Below are positions 1 to 9,242 of a stretch of 20,000 bases of DNA, in pieces. The stretch is from Spirogloea muscicola (taxonomy: Eukaryota). The stretch covers positions 363,918-383,917 of the forward strand of contig WELB01000008.1 in assembly GCA_009602725.1 (NCBI GenBank). Reading direction: 5' to 3'. Each line of letters begins with the position of its first letter. Within the stretch, counting starts at the first letter, position 1. The notes under the pieces are model-generated. The model ran no database searches. It saw only the letters and a program-made list of their open reading frames with translations, and was not told the DNA's origin. The translations under genes and the position numbers were made by a program.

Positions 1-93
1 TCACAAGTGTGCAGAGCACAAGTTCTTGCCCAGAATTGAAGTAAAAATTGAAGTTCAGCATCTGATAAAGGTGTGAATCCCTTGTGCTTTCAC

Positions 94-894
94 CTCTAGG
101 ATCCCTCCAAGTTGTCACCACGGTCATAATGACCTCAAAACAATAATTTATTTCTGAAAGATTCACAACCAGCCGTGTGATGTTTTTTGCTGTAAATCGG
201 TAGACCAGAACAGAACATTGTGCTGGCAGCATGAGGCTCTGTAGGCCCTGACTGCCATCCAAAATTGCAGGCATGCAAATTTGCAACCTTGGATTCTATG
301 GATTCTAGGGCGTCCACTGCACGTTTCGTGCTCACCTCAACCTTATTGTCTAATAAGATGCAAGCATCCTGCTGGTGGTGCAAATGTGGTGCAAAAGGTG
401 CCGTCAAGTAGTAGCACATTATGCGAATTGGACATCACAAATTCGCTAGCGAGCATGGCTCAGCTCAGATGACCTCACCATCTACTTTGAACAGCTTCTC
501 AAGGACAACCGACATGTACACGGGCGTCGCATTCCTGCAGTGACAGAGCAGCAGCTCGACTGAATTACTTCGCAGGCGCAGCACATGAGGCACTGCAAGC
601 AGCAATAGGATTTCGCATGCCATCCGATTCCAGGCCGTCTCGCAATACGGAAGCACTGCAGACTCGTCGCAGGCAGCGTTCAGTGCAGATGGCGCTTCAA
701 GTTGCACGGCCAGACGGCCTTGAGATTGGGCGGCCGACCATACGTGGCGAGGCCGGCGCCGAAGGGGGACACGCCCTGGCCCAGCAGAGGCGTTTGCTGC
801 TGCGAGGTGGCAGCGCCCGCGAGCGCGGCCAGCAGCGCCGCCGCACCAGCAACGCTGAGGCCGGCTGGCGGCGGCCGCCGCCGCCAGCGGTCAT
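94..894 (-). CDS. Pentameric ligand-gated ion channel (Cys-loop/pLGIC superfamily)-like gene, 5' exons only; continues beyond the left edge
   Basis: Exons 534-479 and 153-94 have clean AG/GT boundaries and compatible phases. They splice to NATPVYMSVVLEKLFKVDEINYCFEVIMTVVTTWRDPR, matching the pLGIC extracellular-domain pattern (P-x-V...L-x-x-V-D...F...W-x-D-P-R). The putative exon 1 (ATG at 894, 3' end about 710, uncertain) encodes a hydrophobic signal-peptide-like stretch (AAALLAALAGAATSQ) but needs a 1-nt frameshift near 845. Confidence 0.65.
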
Positions 895-1051
895 ATCCCC
901 GCGCTCTGCGGCAGCTGGGGCCGCCACCTCCTGGAAGGCGCGCAGCGCTAGCCGACCGAAGAATGCAGTTGATTGAAGCCAATTGACAGCGAGGGAGCAG
1001 TCGACGCCGCCGCCGTTGCCGCCGCGGCCGCCGCCGCCGCAGCCGCCGCCG

Positions 1052-1152
1052 CGGCGGCGCGGAAGCAGTTTCGCGCAAAGCGACGCCAGTTGCCGACCGT
1101 GGGGGTTCGAACCTCCGACGCCCCAAACGGCGTGCACTTGGTTTTTAGTTTT
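1052..1152 (+). other. tRNA-like/SINE-like element: B-box hairpin followed by T-runs (not a canonical tRNA)
   Basis: GGTTCGAACC at 1104-1113 sits within the hairpin CGTGGGGG-TTCGAA-CCTCCGACG. Two weak upstream stems (GCGGA/TTCGC, GCAA/TTGC) and TTTTT/TTTT at 1142-1152 follow a Pol III-like layout. There is no clean A-box or anticodon arm. Confidence 0.25.
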
Positions 1153-1213
1153 CCCCCCCGTTTACGCTGGGTGCCCGCCACGCCATCGACCGTCGCTTCA
1201 TGGGGAAGCCGGG

Positions 1214-1437
1214 AGCCGGGTCGCTAGCGCAGGTGTACCGGATGCGCTTGGCCGTCTCGCGGCAGCGGTCAATGTCCCGCGCGCTGCACCTGCGGGCCGG
1301 CAGAGCCCTCGCTGCTGCCTCTGGCTCTGGCCAGGGGACCCACTTCCAGGAGCCTAGCGTCTCTGACCTGAGGCTGCTTAGCAGGGGTGACTGAGTGATC
1401 CGTAGCTGCTTTGTTTCTTTGTGTGCTTGCTTTTCTT
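1214..1437 (+). mobile_element. Short 5'-truncated copy (last 59 codons plus start of 3' UTR) of a CRE-like RLE non-LTR retrotransposon
   Basis: AGSLAQVYRMRLAVSRQRS...SDLRLLSRGD* (1215-1394) aligns without gaps to the C-terminus of the downstream ORF (2147-2326), with 42 of 59 residues identical by hand count and the same stop position. Confidence 0.8.
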
Positions 1438-1439
1438 AG

Positions 1440-2640
1440 CGCTTCCCCTTCTGTCTCCGGACGACCTCCGGGGGCGCGCGCGGCTGCTCTCGGCGTCCTC
1501 ACCAGGGGCGGCTGCCTGGTTGTCTGCCCTGCCGATCCACGACGCACTTCGGATGCCGGACGACGCCTTTCGCACGGCGGTGCACCGCCTCCTCGGCCTC
1601 CACCCCCCCTGCCTCAGTGGGGTACAGCAGTGTGAGTGTGGCGAGCGCGGTTCCGACGCGGCATCGTTGGCAGCTCACATGCTTAGGTGCGCATGGGGCG
1701 GGGAGCGGACAGGAACGCACGACCTGCTGCGAAATGCCATGTTTGGCATCTTCGTCGAGGCCGGTTATGCGGTGGCGCTCGAGAACACGAGCGTCATGCC
1801 TCCGACCGCTGGGGCGGATGGCCGCATCCACACCCGGCGCGCCGACCTCGTCGCCAGCGCGCTCGGCGGGGGGCCTCGGCTCATCGCAGACGTCGTCACC
1901 ACTGACAGCTTTGCTTCCAGCAGCGCAAAGCGCTCGTCGGAGGAGGCGGGCTACGCAGTCGGCCAAGCGGCGGGCAAGAAGGAACGGAAGTACTCGGACC
2001 ACCCGGTGGGCGACGAGTTCATTCCACTGGCAGTGGACGTGCACGGAGCCTTTGGCTCCAAATGGCTTGACTTGCTCCACCGCCTGGCGCGGCGTGCAGC
2101 GGCCCGCCGCCTCGGGCAGCAGGGCGAGCAGCCCGGCTTCAACGTAGCCGGGTCCCTCGCTCAGGTGTTCCGTATGCGTTTGGCCGTCTCGATGCAGCGG
2201 TCCCTCGCCTTCGTGGTTCACTTGCGCGCAGGCCGAGCTTTGGCGGCGGCCTCCGGCTTCCGTCAGGGCGACGTCTTTCCACCAGCTAGCTACTCGGATC
2301 TGCATCTCCTGTCTAGAGGTTACTGAGCGTTCCCTGCTGATGTCTTAGTCCTAGTCGTTCGCACTCAAGCTCCCTCAGACCTTGCCCATTCTTTTGGGCT
2401 GGCCTTTCCCAGCCACCAGTCAATCTGGCCGCGCTTTCTCCTGGCCCCCTTCTCGTCCTTTGTTGATTCTTTTTTGGGCTGGCTTTTCCAGCCCCTATTC
2501 TCAATGGGCGAGGACTTCCTTTTACTACGGCTCGGCCCGCGCCAGTCCAGCCGTCTCGCGGCTGCCTGCACAGGAGGGATGTCCAGGCCCCTGCGACTCA
2601 TATTGGCTGGAATAAAATTCTTCAAATAAAGATTTAAAAT
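1440..2640 (+). mobile_element. 5'-truncated CRE-clade-like non-LTR retrotransposon: post-RT region, zinc knuckle, restriction-like endonuclease and 3' UTR
   Basis: The uninterrupted frame to the stop at 2324-2326 contains RARLLS..GAAAWLSALP, CCHC-type CECG...HMLRC, THDLLRN, RRADL, IADVVT, KKERKY and FIPLAVDVHGAFG, the conserved C-terminal motifs of RLE (CRE/Cnl1-type) elements. It is intronless, has no ATG start and no RT domain. AATAAA at 2611 and 2625 precedes an A-rich end. Boundaries are approximate. Confidence 0.8.
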
Positions 2641-3810
2641 CAAGGAATAATGGAGAAAGAGGAAAGGAAAGTAGGCGCGCGGTGCACATGGAAACGCCTT
2701 GTTGGAGTACGACATGGCGACGATCTGTGTGCTCTTCTGATGTAACCATAAGGAAGGCGATCAGAAGCTTGGATCTGCCCTCCACAATTGGACGTGCTTT
2801 TGGCATTGCTGAAGAATATGCGTGTGTATCAAGAGGTGGAGGGCCATGTGTGGCCGAGTACAAAGGTAAGCACATTGACAAATGTACGTCACCTGCTGCT
2901 AAGCTGACCCGCTCAGTAACCACGAGTCAGCACATAGAGGTCGCTAATTGATGCCCGAATACCGGACGGCAAACGACAAGCTCTTGAGCTACCAGCTAAG
3001 GCTCGACCAGCTTTCTGATGCAAAGCATGAGCCTGACCTCGCAAAAAGGAAGAGGTGGTCACCTAGTTGTCTTAAGCTGTGCTCCTCTCCCTGACCACTG
3101 TCAACATGTTTGGCACTTTCAAGTCTTGCCTTCCAACACTGCTTGACAGGATGGCTAGCCCCAGGTGTGTCCGCTGCAAGAGTTCCACTGCCAAGCTGCA
3201 TGGCTTGCCAGCAGCTTTATTTTGGCTGCATCACGATTTTGCAATTTGCAGTGCGCTAAACCTGGACTGGAAAGCTGCGGCCACAACCTACAGCCTTTGT
3301 ATGTAGCTAAGTGGCCTACTGTCATTAGTGACTGCATATCATCTGTATCTCAACCTTGTCACAAGACCCTGCCTCTCCATTATCACTATACAACAAGAGT
3401 TGCAAGAGCTGCAAGAGTTGCGTACGCTATCAATGGCAGTCGCAGCATACGAAGGCTGCGGGCAGCCAGCACTATCGCTGCAGCAGGTCCGAATATTGCA
3501 ATTCAAGCTGCTGGCTGTGTGTGGCTGAGCCACCTCTACTCCCGCTGCTTTGGAAGCCCACACAGTGCAGACTCTTGGGGTCTTAACGTGTGTTTGGTCT
3601 GCAGCCAGCTCCCCAAAGGGCCAGTGAGCGACCAGCTGGGTAGAAAACGTTGTCAGTGCAAAGCAGAAGGCCTGCAGCAAGCAAGCCGGAGCTGGCAGCA
3701 ACAACATGCTGCAGGAGGTTGGCAGAAAGTGCAAAAGCCTTGCTGCAGGCTTGTGGACCAACACAATCCCCCCAGGAAAGATGTACACGTGTAGGGCGGC
3801 AAGGAGCCTC

Positions 3811-6800
3811 CTACCACCCGCTTTCCCGCAGCTTCTTGAGGAGTGTGTCGAGTGATTTGCGCTTGTTTGCCTGCTGCGGGCCTGGCCGCCCAAACAACTT
3901 CCCATCTGATGCGTCCTTGCACTTCTCCGCAATAGTCAGAACTCTGTCCGGCCGCAGCGCGAAGTAGTTCTTCTCTCTCACTGCTGCATTAAGGTACAGC
4001 TCCGGCTACAGCATGATTTCACGAATAAGTCAAGTCAGTCGCATTGACCAGATTACATATGGGGCTCAATGAATGCACTTCTTTGCAGCCCTTACTTAGC
4101 CGGCGGGAAACCTACCGTGTTACTGAGGAGGAGATTGACCATCTGCCGTGCTTCAGCAAGACACAACCGGAGTGGCGTGACGCCGGCCAACTTCTGAAGC
4201 CCGCTCTCTCGATACTGCGAAAGTGGACGCCCAGTAATGTGAGAGTTGAGGGGGAAATCAAGTGCAAGAACAAGGAGAAATTAAGGAGCTGATCCACCCT
4301 GACTATGCCGTCAAGCCACAGCACCTGCTCATCCGAGAAGCTCTCAAGCACCCGAAGGTCTGCAGAGATGCCCTCGAGCGCGTACACATTGAAACGCTTG
4401 ACTTCATCACTACACAGCGCGCCGATGATGCAGTCGCTAATGTGCCGCATGATCCCCGCGCTGACCTGGCGTAGTACAGCCCACGATGGTGTCAAACTTG
4501 CAAAGAGGCTGCGTGTTGACGTTGCCTTATCAGACATTCACATGCATAGTACAAAGAGCTGGAAAAGTCATACGAGTCTGCGAGTAAGGAGCGCACTTTC
4601 CCAAAGGCCTCAATGGGCAATATCTCCTGTGCAGTCTCCATCATCGTGTCCAGGTAGATGAAGAGGTCATTCAGGTATTCATTGCCGCCCTGTTTAGCAT
4701 CGTAGCAGCATCGTATTAGCCTCGTACCCTCGACCCGTGAGTGCAGGACAACCCCTTGGCTGGCATTCAAAAAACAAATCTGGCACCGCATTGACTAATT
4801 TAGTGTGACAAGTTTTACTAATGCTTTGCTCCCAAGTCACAGTGCACCCAAATTACATGTCCGAGTGTATCACATTTACTATGTGGATAGCGCAACTTTG
4901 TGCATCAGTTGTACTATTGCATAGCGCAATACTATCAGAGCTGCTGCATTTTGCAAGGGCAATTCCAGATTGGACAGCCAACCTGCGGGAGCTCGTCGGG
5001 CATCCATACGATGCTATGGCTCAGCGTCATAAACTCGTCAATCTTGGACTTGACCAGCCGCAGCATCTGCTCGTGTGCTGCCGCCTGCACCAAGTGAGGG
5101 GAGCATGAGGATAGCAGCCTTCTCACAACAAGATGCGCACTCAATCCTAGTGCTTATTGCTGCGCATTCAGTTGAATGCCAACAAAGAACGTGTGAAGCA
5201 CGACCGTTAGCTTGAAATAATTACTGGGAGCCATTCAAAGCATCACAATCTTCTGCTTTGTAGGGCTGACTTAACCCACTGGCTTGTACCTGCGACTGCC
5301 GCAGGACGGCTCGCGAGGCGAGGCTTCCATGCGTGCCATCGACGAGCCGCACTGGAATGCCGCACAGCTTGGCGGCGTGCTCAGCAAAGAATCCACATGC
5401 CCGCTCTAGGACTGTCATGTTCGCAGCTATCTGCAAGACAAGATCAGAATCAAGCACCACGTGTGAGCGATCAGGTGTTCTAAGCAAGGGTGCCCTGGTA
5501 AGGAGACATGCTAAGACGTGACTGATATCATGTCTTTCTACGATAAGGTTTTGAGAGAGAGAATGTAACTGAGGCAGAGTCAAAAGCCCGTCGGACGCAG
5601 TAGGATCACCTGCATGGCATGCGAGACGGCCAAGGTGGGTGTGTGGATCATGCGGAGGAGCGCCTCGTTCAGCACGCCAGTCAGCAGGCGGTCAAGATAC
5701 TTGCGCACGGCTTCATAGTAGTCCATCTGCCCGCTGTAGGAGAGGAAGCTGACTGAGTCCATGATGAAGCTCCGCACGATGCGGCAGCACTCTGGGACCG
5801 TGGCTGAAAAGGGGGCGATGAAGGGGAAGGCGGGCATGATGTCGGTGCTCTGCAATGCCAGCCTCAGTGGCGCACTCAATCAGCTTACTAGCCAAGACAG
5901 TGCTCCGTCAAAGCATATGCGTTGTCACACCTGGGTTGTATAAATCAAAAACCCAGGTGTGACAACGTAGAGTTGGAGTACTTATGCAACTGCTGGGGCT
6001 TAGCTTACAATTCGTTGAAGAGCACGGTTGAGATAATGCCATGTCAATGATCTAACAACAATCCCCACATGCTTGCTGTGCTCATACTACACCCTCCTGC
6101 ATACCTGAAGGTGGAAAGCAAGGACGTTCATCGAGTACTCATACTCCTTCTTCATGAGCATCTTCTCGTATTTGTCATTGGCGAGAACGTCGTTGATTTG
6201 CCGACGACAGTCACTCAGCAGCAAATCGTGATACTTGTCTCTCATCAATTCTAGGACCTCAAGAAGCGGCGCGACCTGCAAGGCACGATAATCTCTTAAC
6301 CTACACATAGTACCAGGATTTTATATTACAGTATCTACTTGAAGGCTACCCTTTGTCTCATCCTTCATTGAAAATCAGTTAAGCGCTGATAGGGCAGACG
6401 ACGATGCAGTTTGCAAGTACAATGAATCCAATGCAAGTCATGTCAGATCATGGCTCTTGGGAGGTATGCAGGGCTCATTGTGTCAAAGCCCCAAGGGCTG
6501 ACCTGGTAGCCAAAGCGCCGGAGCGTTGAGCAGAGCAGGCTGACATAGTCCTTAACAAGCAAGAGGTGAGAAGCGGAGCCCATCCGTGTGAATTGCTCCT
6601 CAATCACCATCTTCATCTTGCTGATGGCGCCCTCCCAGAGACTGTCAACCTGCGATTCAGCTCACTGTCAGCAAAATACACCTGCTTGCTCGAAGCAGAA
6701 GTCAAACTTGTCACTGTCACATGGCATGAATAAATGACAACAACAATAATGTCCCAGCTACCTCTCAGCACCTACTTGAAAGGTCGTTATGAGGCCGCCG

Positions 6801-8679
6801 CTGGTCCTCCTCACACGGTCCTCCACAATGAAGAAGCCTGCAGCTTGGGAGAAGTAGGTCTGGAACGCCTCCAGAAAGCTCTGCCCGGCCCCAAATTGCA
6901 GGTCTGAGTTCAGCTGCACACACACAAACAGCACAGACGAGACTACAGTCAGACAAAGCAGAGTTTGAGATAGGAGATTGCTGGCACAGCCCTCTTGGCA
7001 GGCTTGAGATTCTCAGGAGCGGCAGTCTCAGATGCCTGACTGCAGATTAGTCTCGAATCCAGAGCCAGGGCTGAAGCGACCTGCAGCATGCGGTTCTTGA
7101 AGTAGAACTCCCGGAATTGGTCCTGGATGCCCAGACACGTGTTGATGTAGAAGGCTCGGTGCACCGGCGTGAGGTCAAAAGCAAAGGCAACGTTCTCCTC
7201 CTCCTGGTCGTCTACCTCAAGCAAGTACACAGGATCCTTGGAATTTGCTCTCTGCTGCTCCTCTGCTTGACGCCTACACATGAAGTAGCAAGACAATACC
7301 TGCAAGCTGGTGATTGTGTAGCAGATGAAAAGGCCCGTCATCTGCATATGCCAGGGGCAGATGTTACAAGACCAACCATTCTGTGCAATAGACGTCACAA
7401 GTCAACTGCAATCGACTGGCAACCTACTTGAACCGAATCTCCTCCTCTCGTTGGCGGCGCGAGGAAGCCTGCCCAATAGACAGGCGGCCAATCTCTCGCT
7501 CGAGCCCCCGAATGTTGACAAGCCAGTCAGTAAATTCCTCGTTGACCTTGCGCTCAATGTAGCCGCGGCACATTGGTATCTGGCGCTCCAGGTATGCTTG
7601 AAGTGCCCGTGATGGCACCTGCGCAGGTCAAGATTTGCTTTGCAGTCAGTCGGTAGTAGCAACAATTCATATACTGTCTGCTTCACGAGGTTGACTGCTC
7701 CACTAAGAGCTGCTGCACCCCGCTAAGGTCGAGGCCCAGCAAGTCAGCTTTCAAGGACTGTGCTAACAATATGAAGCGGCGAGGAGGAGTTGCAGGACAG
7801 GCCTGCTTGATGTGGTCGCGCTCAATGATGTCCAGCGTACGCAGGACTGAGTAGTGGCTGTCAGTGGCCAGGTAGTCGTTGACTCTCTGGCAGAGCTCGA
7901 CGACCGCCTTGCACTTGTGCAACGAGCCGACTGCTTCCACGATGTTGCGCTTGATGGCCTGAGCCTCCATGAGCTCCTCCAAGCGCGTCAGCAGGCCACG
8001 TCCGACGCCCTGCAAAGCGCAGTCCCGGTCGCAACGGTGCCAACAAATGCAGCTCTCAGACCAACGTGCCTGAGACCCCTCTACAAATGCTCATGGGAGG
8101 CAAAGTGGACATATGGCCCACCTTGAGTGGGATGCCTGACCGCTAACCTTAAGTACATGAGCTATAGAACCCTAATGCATGCCTGACCGCTAACCTTGAC
8201 TATATGAGCTGAACAACCCTAATGCATCCCTGTAATCGACTGAGCCCTGAGAAACAATCTCAAGGTGATGCGTCCTCCCCTGGAGCGAGGTTGGCAGCTA
8301 TCGTCACCGCAGCTCACGGAGGCCAAGCAAGTGCTCTGCTATGATATGGTGATGGACAGATCCCGTTAGAAGCAGAGCTTTGCCATCGTGGCATTCGGCC
8401 TGCACACCACGTACCTGGAGCTCGGAGTTCTGGATAGCGAGGCCGGACTTGAGCTCGTCGGCGTCGACGATGACGTAGCGCAGCTCGTCGACGGCGGCGA
8501 TGAACTCCTCGTAGTGCCGCTTGCACAGGTCCTCGATCTCGCCCTCCTTGCCGCGCGCCAGCGCCCGCAGCGCCCCGACCAGCGCCTCCGGCCGCCCGGC
8601 CTCGAACGCCGCGCGCACCAGCGGGCCCGCGTCCTCGCCGTTGGCTACCACCGCCGCCACCGCCGCCTCATCCACGCCG
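3811..8679 (-). CDS. SEC15: Exocyst complex component SEC15 (EXOC6), start codon in the assembly gap
   Basis: 14 phase-consistent exons: 8679-8415, 8009-7803, 7618-7428, 7273-7081, 6913-6776, 6649-6503, 6275-6105, 5849-5610, 5430-5290, 5084-4983, 4689-4597, 4465-4325, 4214-4116, 4005-3811 (about 773 aa visible, TAG at 3813-3811). Plant SEC15 motifs include [72 protein letters not shown] and [11 protein letters not shown]. Confidence 0.95.
5920..5967. repeat. Perfect 18-bp inverted repeat with a 12-nt spacer in a SEC15 intron
   Basis: CGTTGTCACACCTGGGTT (5920-5937) and AACCCAGGTGTGACAACG (5950-5967) are exact reverse complements. Confidence 0.9.
8132..8227. repeat. Two-copy 47-bp tandem repeat in the first visible SEC15 intron
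   Basis: ATGCCTGACCGCTAACCTT...ATGAGCT...AACCCTAATGC starts at 8132 and again at 8179. Each unit carries the telo-box core AACCCTAA. Confidence 0.85.
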
Positions 8680-9242
8680 NNNNNNNNNNNNNNNNNNNNN
8701 NNNNNNNNNNNNNNNNNNNNNNNNNNNNNNNNNNNNNNNNNNNNNNNNNNNNNNNNNNNNNNNNNNNNNNNNNNNNNNNNNNNNNNNNNNNNNNNNNNNN
8801 NNNNNNNNNNNNNNNNNNNNNNNNNNNNNNNNNNNNNNNNNNNNNNNNNNNNNNNNNNNNNNNNNNNNNNNNNNNNNNNNNNNNNNNNNNNNNNNNNNNN
8901 NNNNNNNNNNNNNNNNNNNNNNNNNNNNNNNNNNNNNNNNNNNNNNNNNNNNNNNNNNNNNNNNNNNNNNNNNNNNNNNNNNNNNNNNNNNNNNNNNNNN
9001 NNNNNNNNNNNNNNNNNNNNNNNNNNNNNNNNNNNNNNNNNNNNNNNNNNNNNNNNNNNNNNNNNNNNNNNNNNNNNNNNNNNNNNNNNNNNNNNNNNNN
9101 NNNNNNNNNNNNNNNNNNNNNNNNNNNNNNNNNNNNNNNNNNNNNNNNNNNNNNNNNNNNNNNNNNNNNNNNNNNNNNNNNNNNNNNNNNNNNNNNNNNN
9201 NNNNNNNNNNNNNNNNNNNNNNNNNNNNNNNNNNNNNNNNNN
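8680..9242. other. Assembly gap (563 N) hiding the 5' ends and shared upstream region of the divergent SEC15 and GATase-like genes
   Basis: Run of N flanked by very GC-rich coding sequence reading away from the gap on both sides. Confidence 0.95.

Noticed and set aside
1052..1140. Canonical tRNA gene on either strand
   Set aside because: T-arm and acceptor pairing are imperfect and there is no proper D-loop or anticodon arm. Kept only as a low-confidence tRNA-like element.
2337..2420. Possible hammerhead ribozyme (CTGATG) after the retroelement stop
   Set aside because: The core reads CTGATGT rather than CTGANGA, and no correctly placed GAAA or stems follow.
2682..2951. 89-aa ORF with a strong donor-like AAAG|GTAAGC near 2865
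   Set aside because: No recognisable motif and no partner exons I could link. It may be a real exon, but I cannot support it.
3165..3932. Overlapping 209-aa (+) and 197-aa (-) ORFs and a 3x9-bp repeat CAAGAG(T/C)TG at 3394-3420
   Set aside because: They lie in or just beyond the SEC15 3' end, have no family motifs, and look like chance ORFs. The repeat is too short to interpret.
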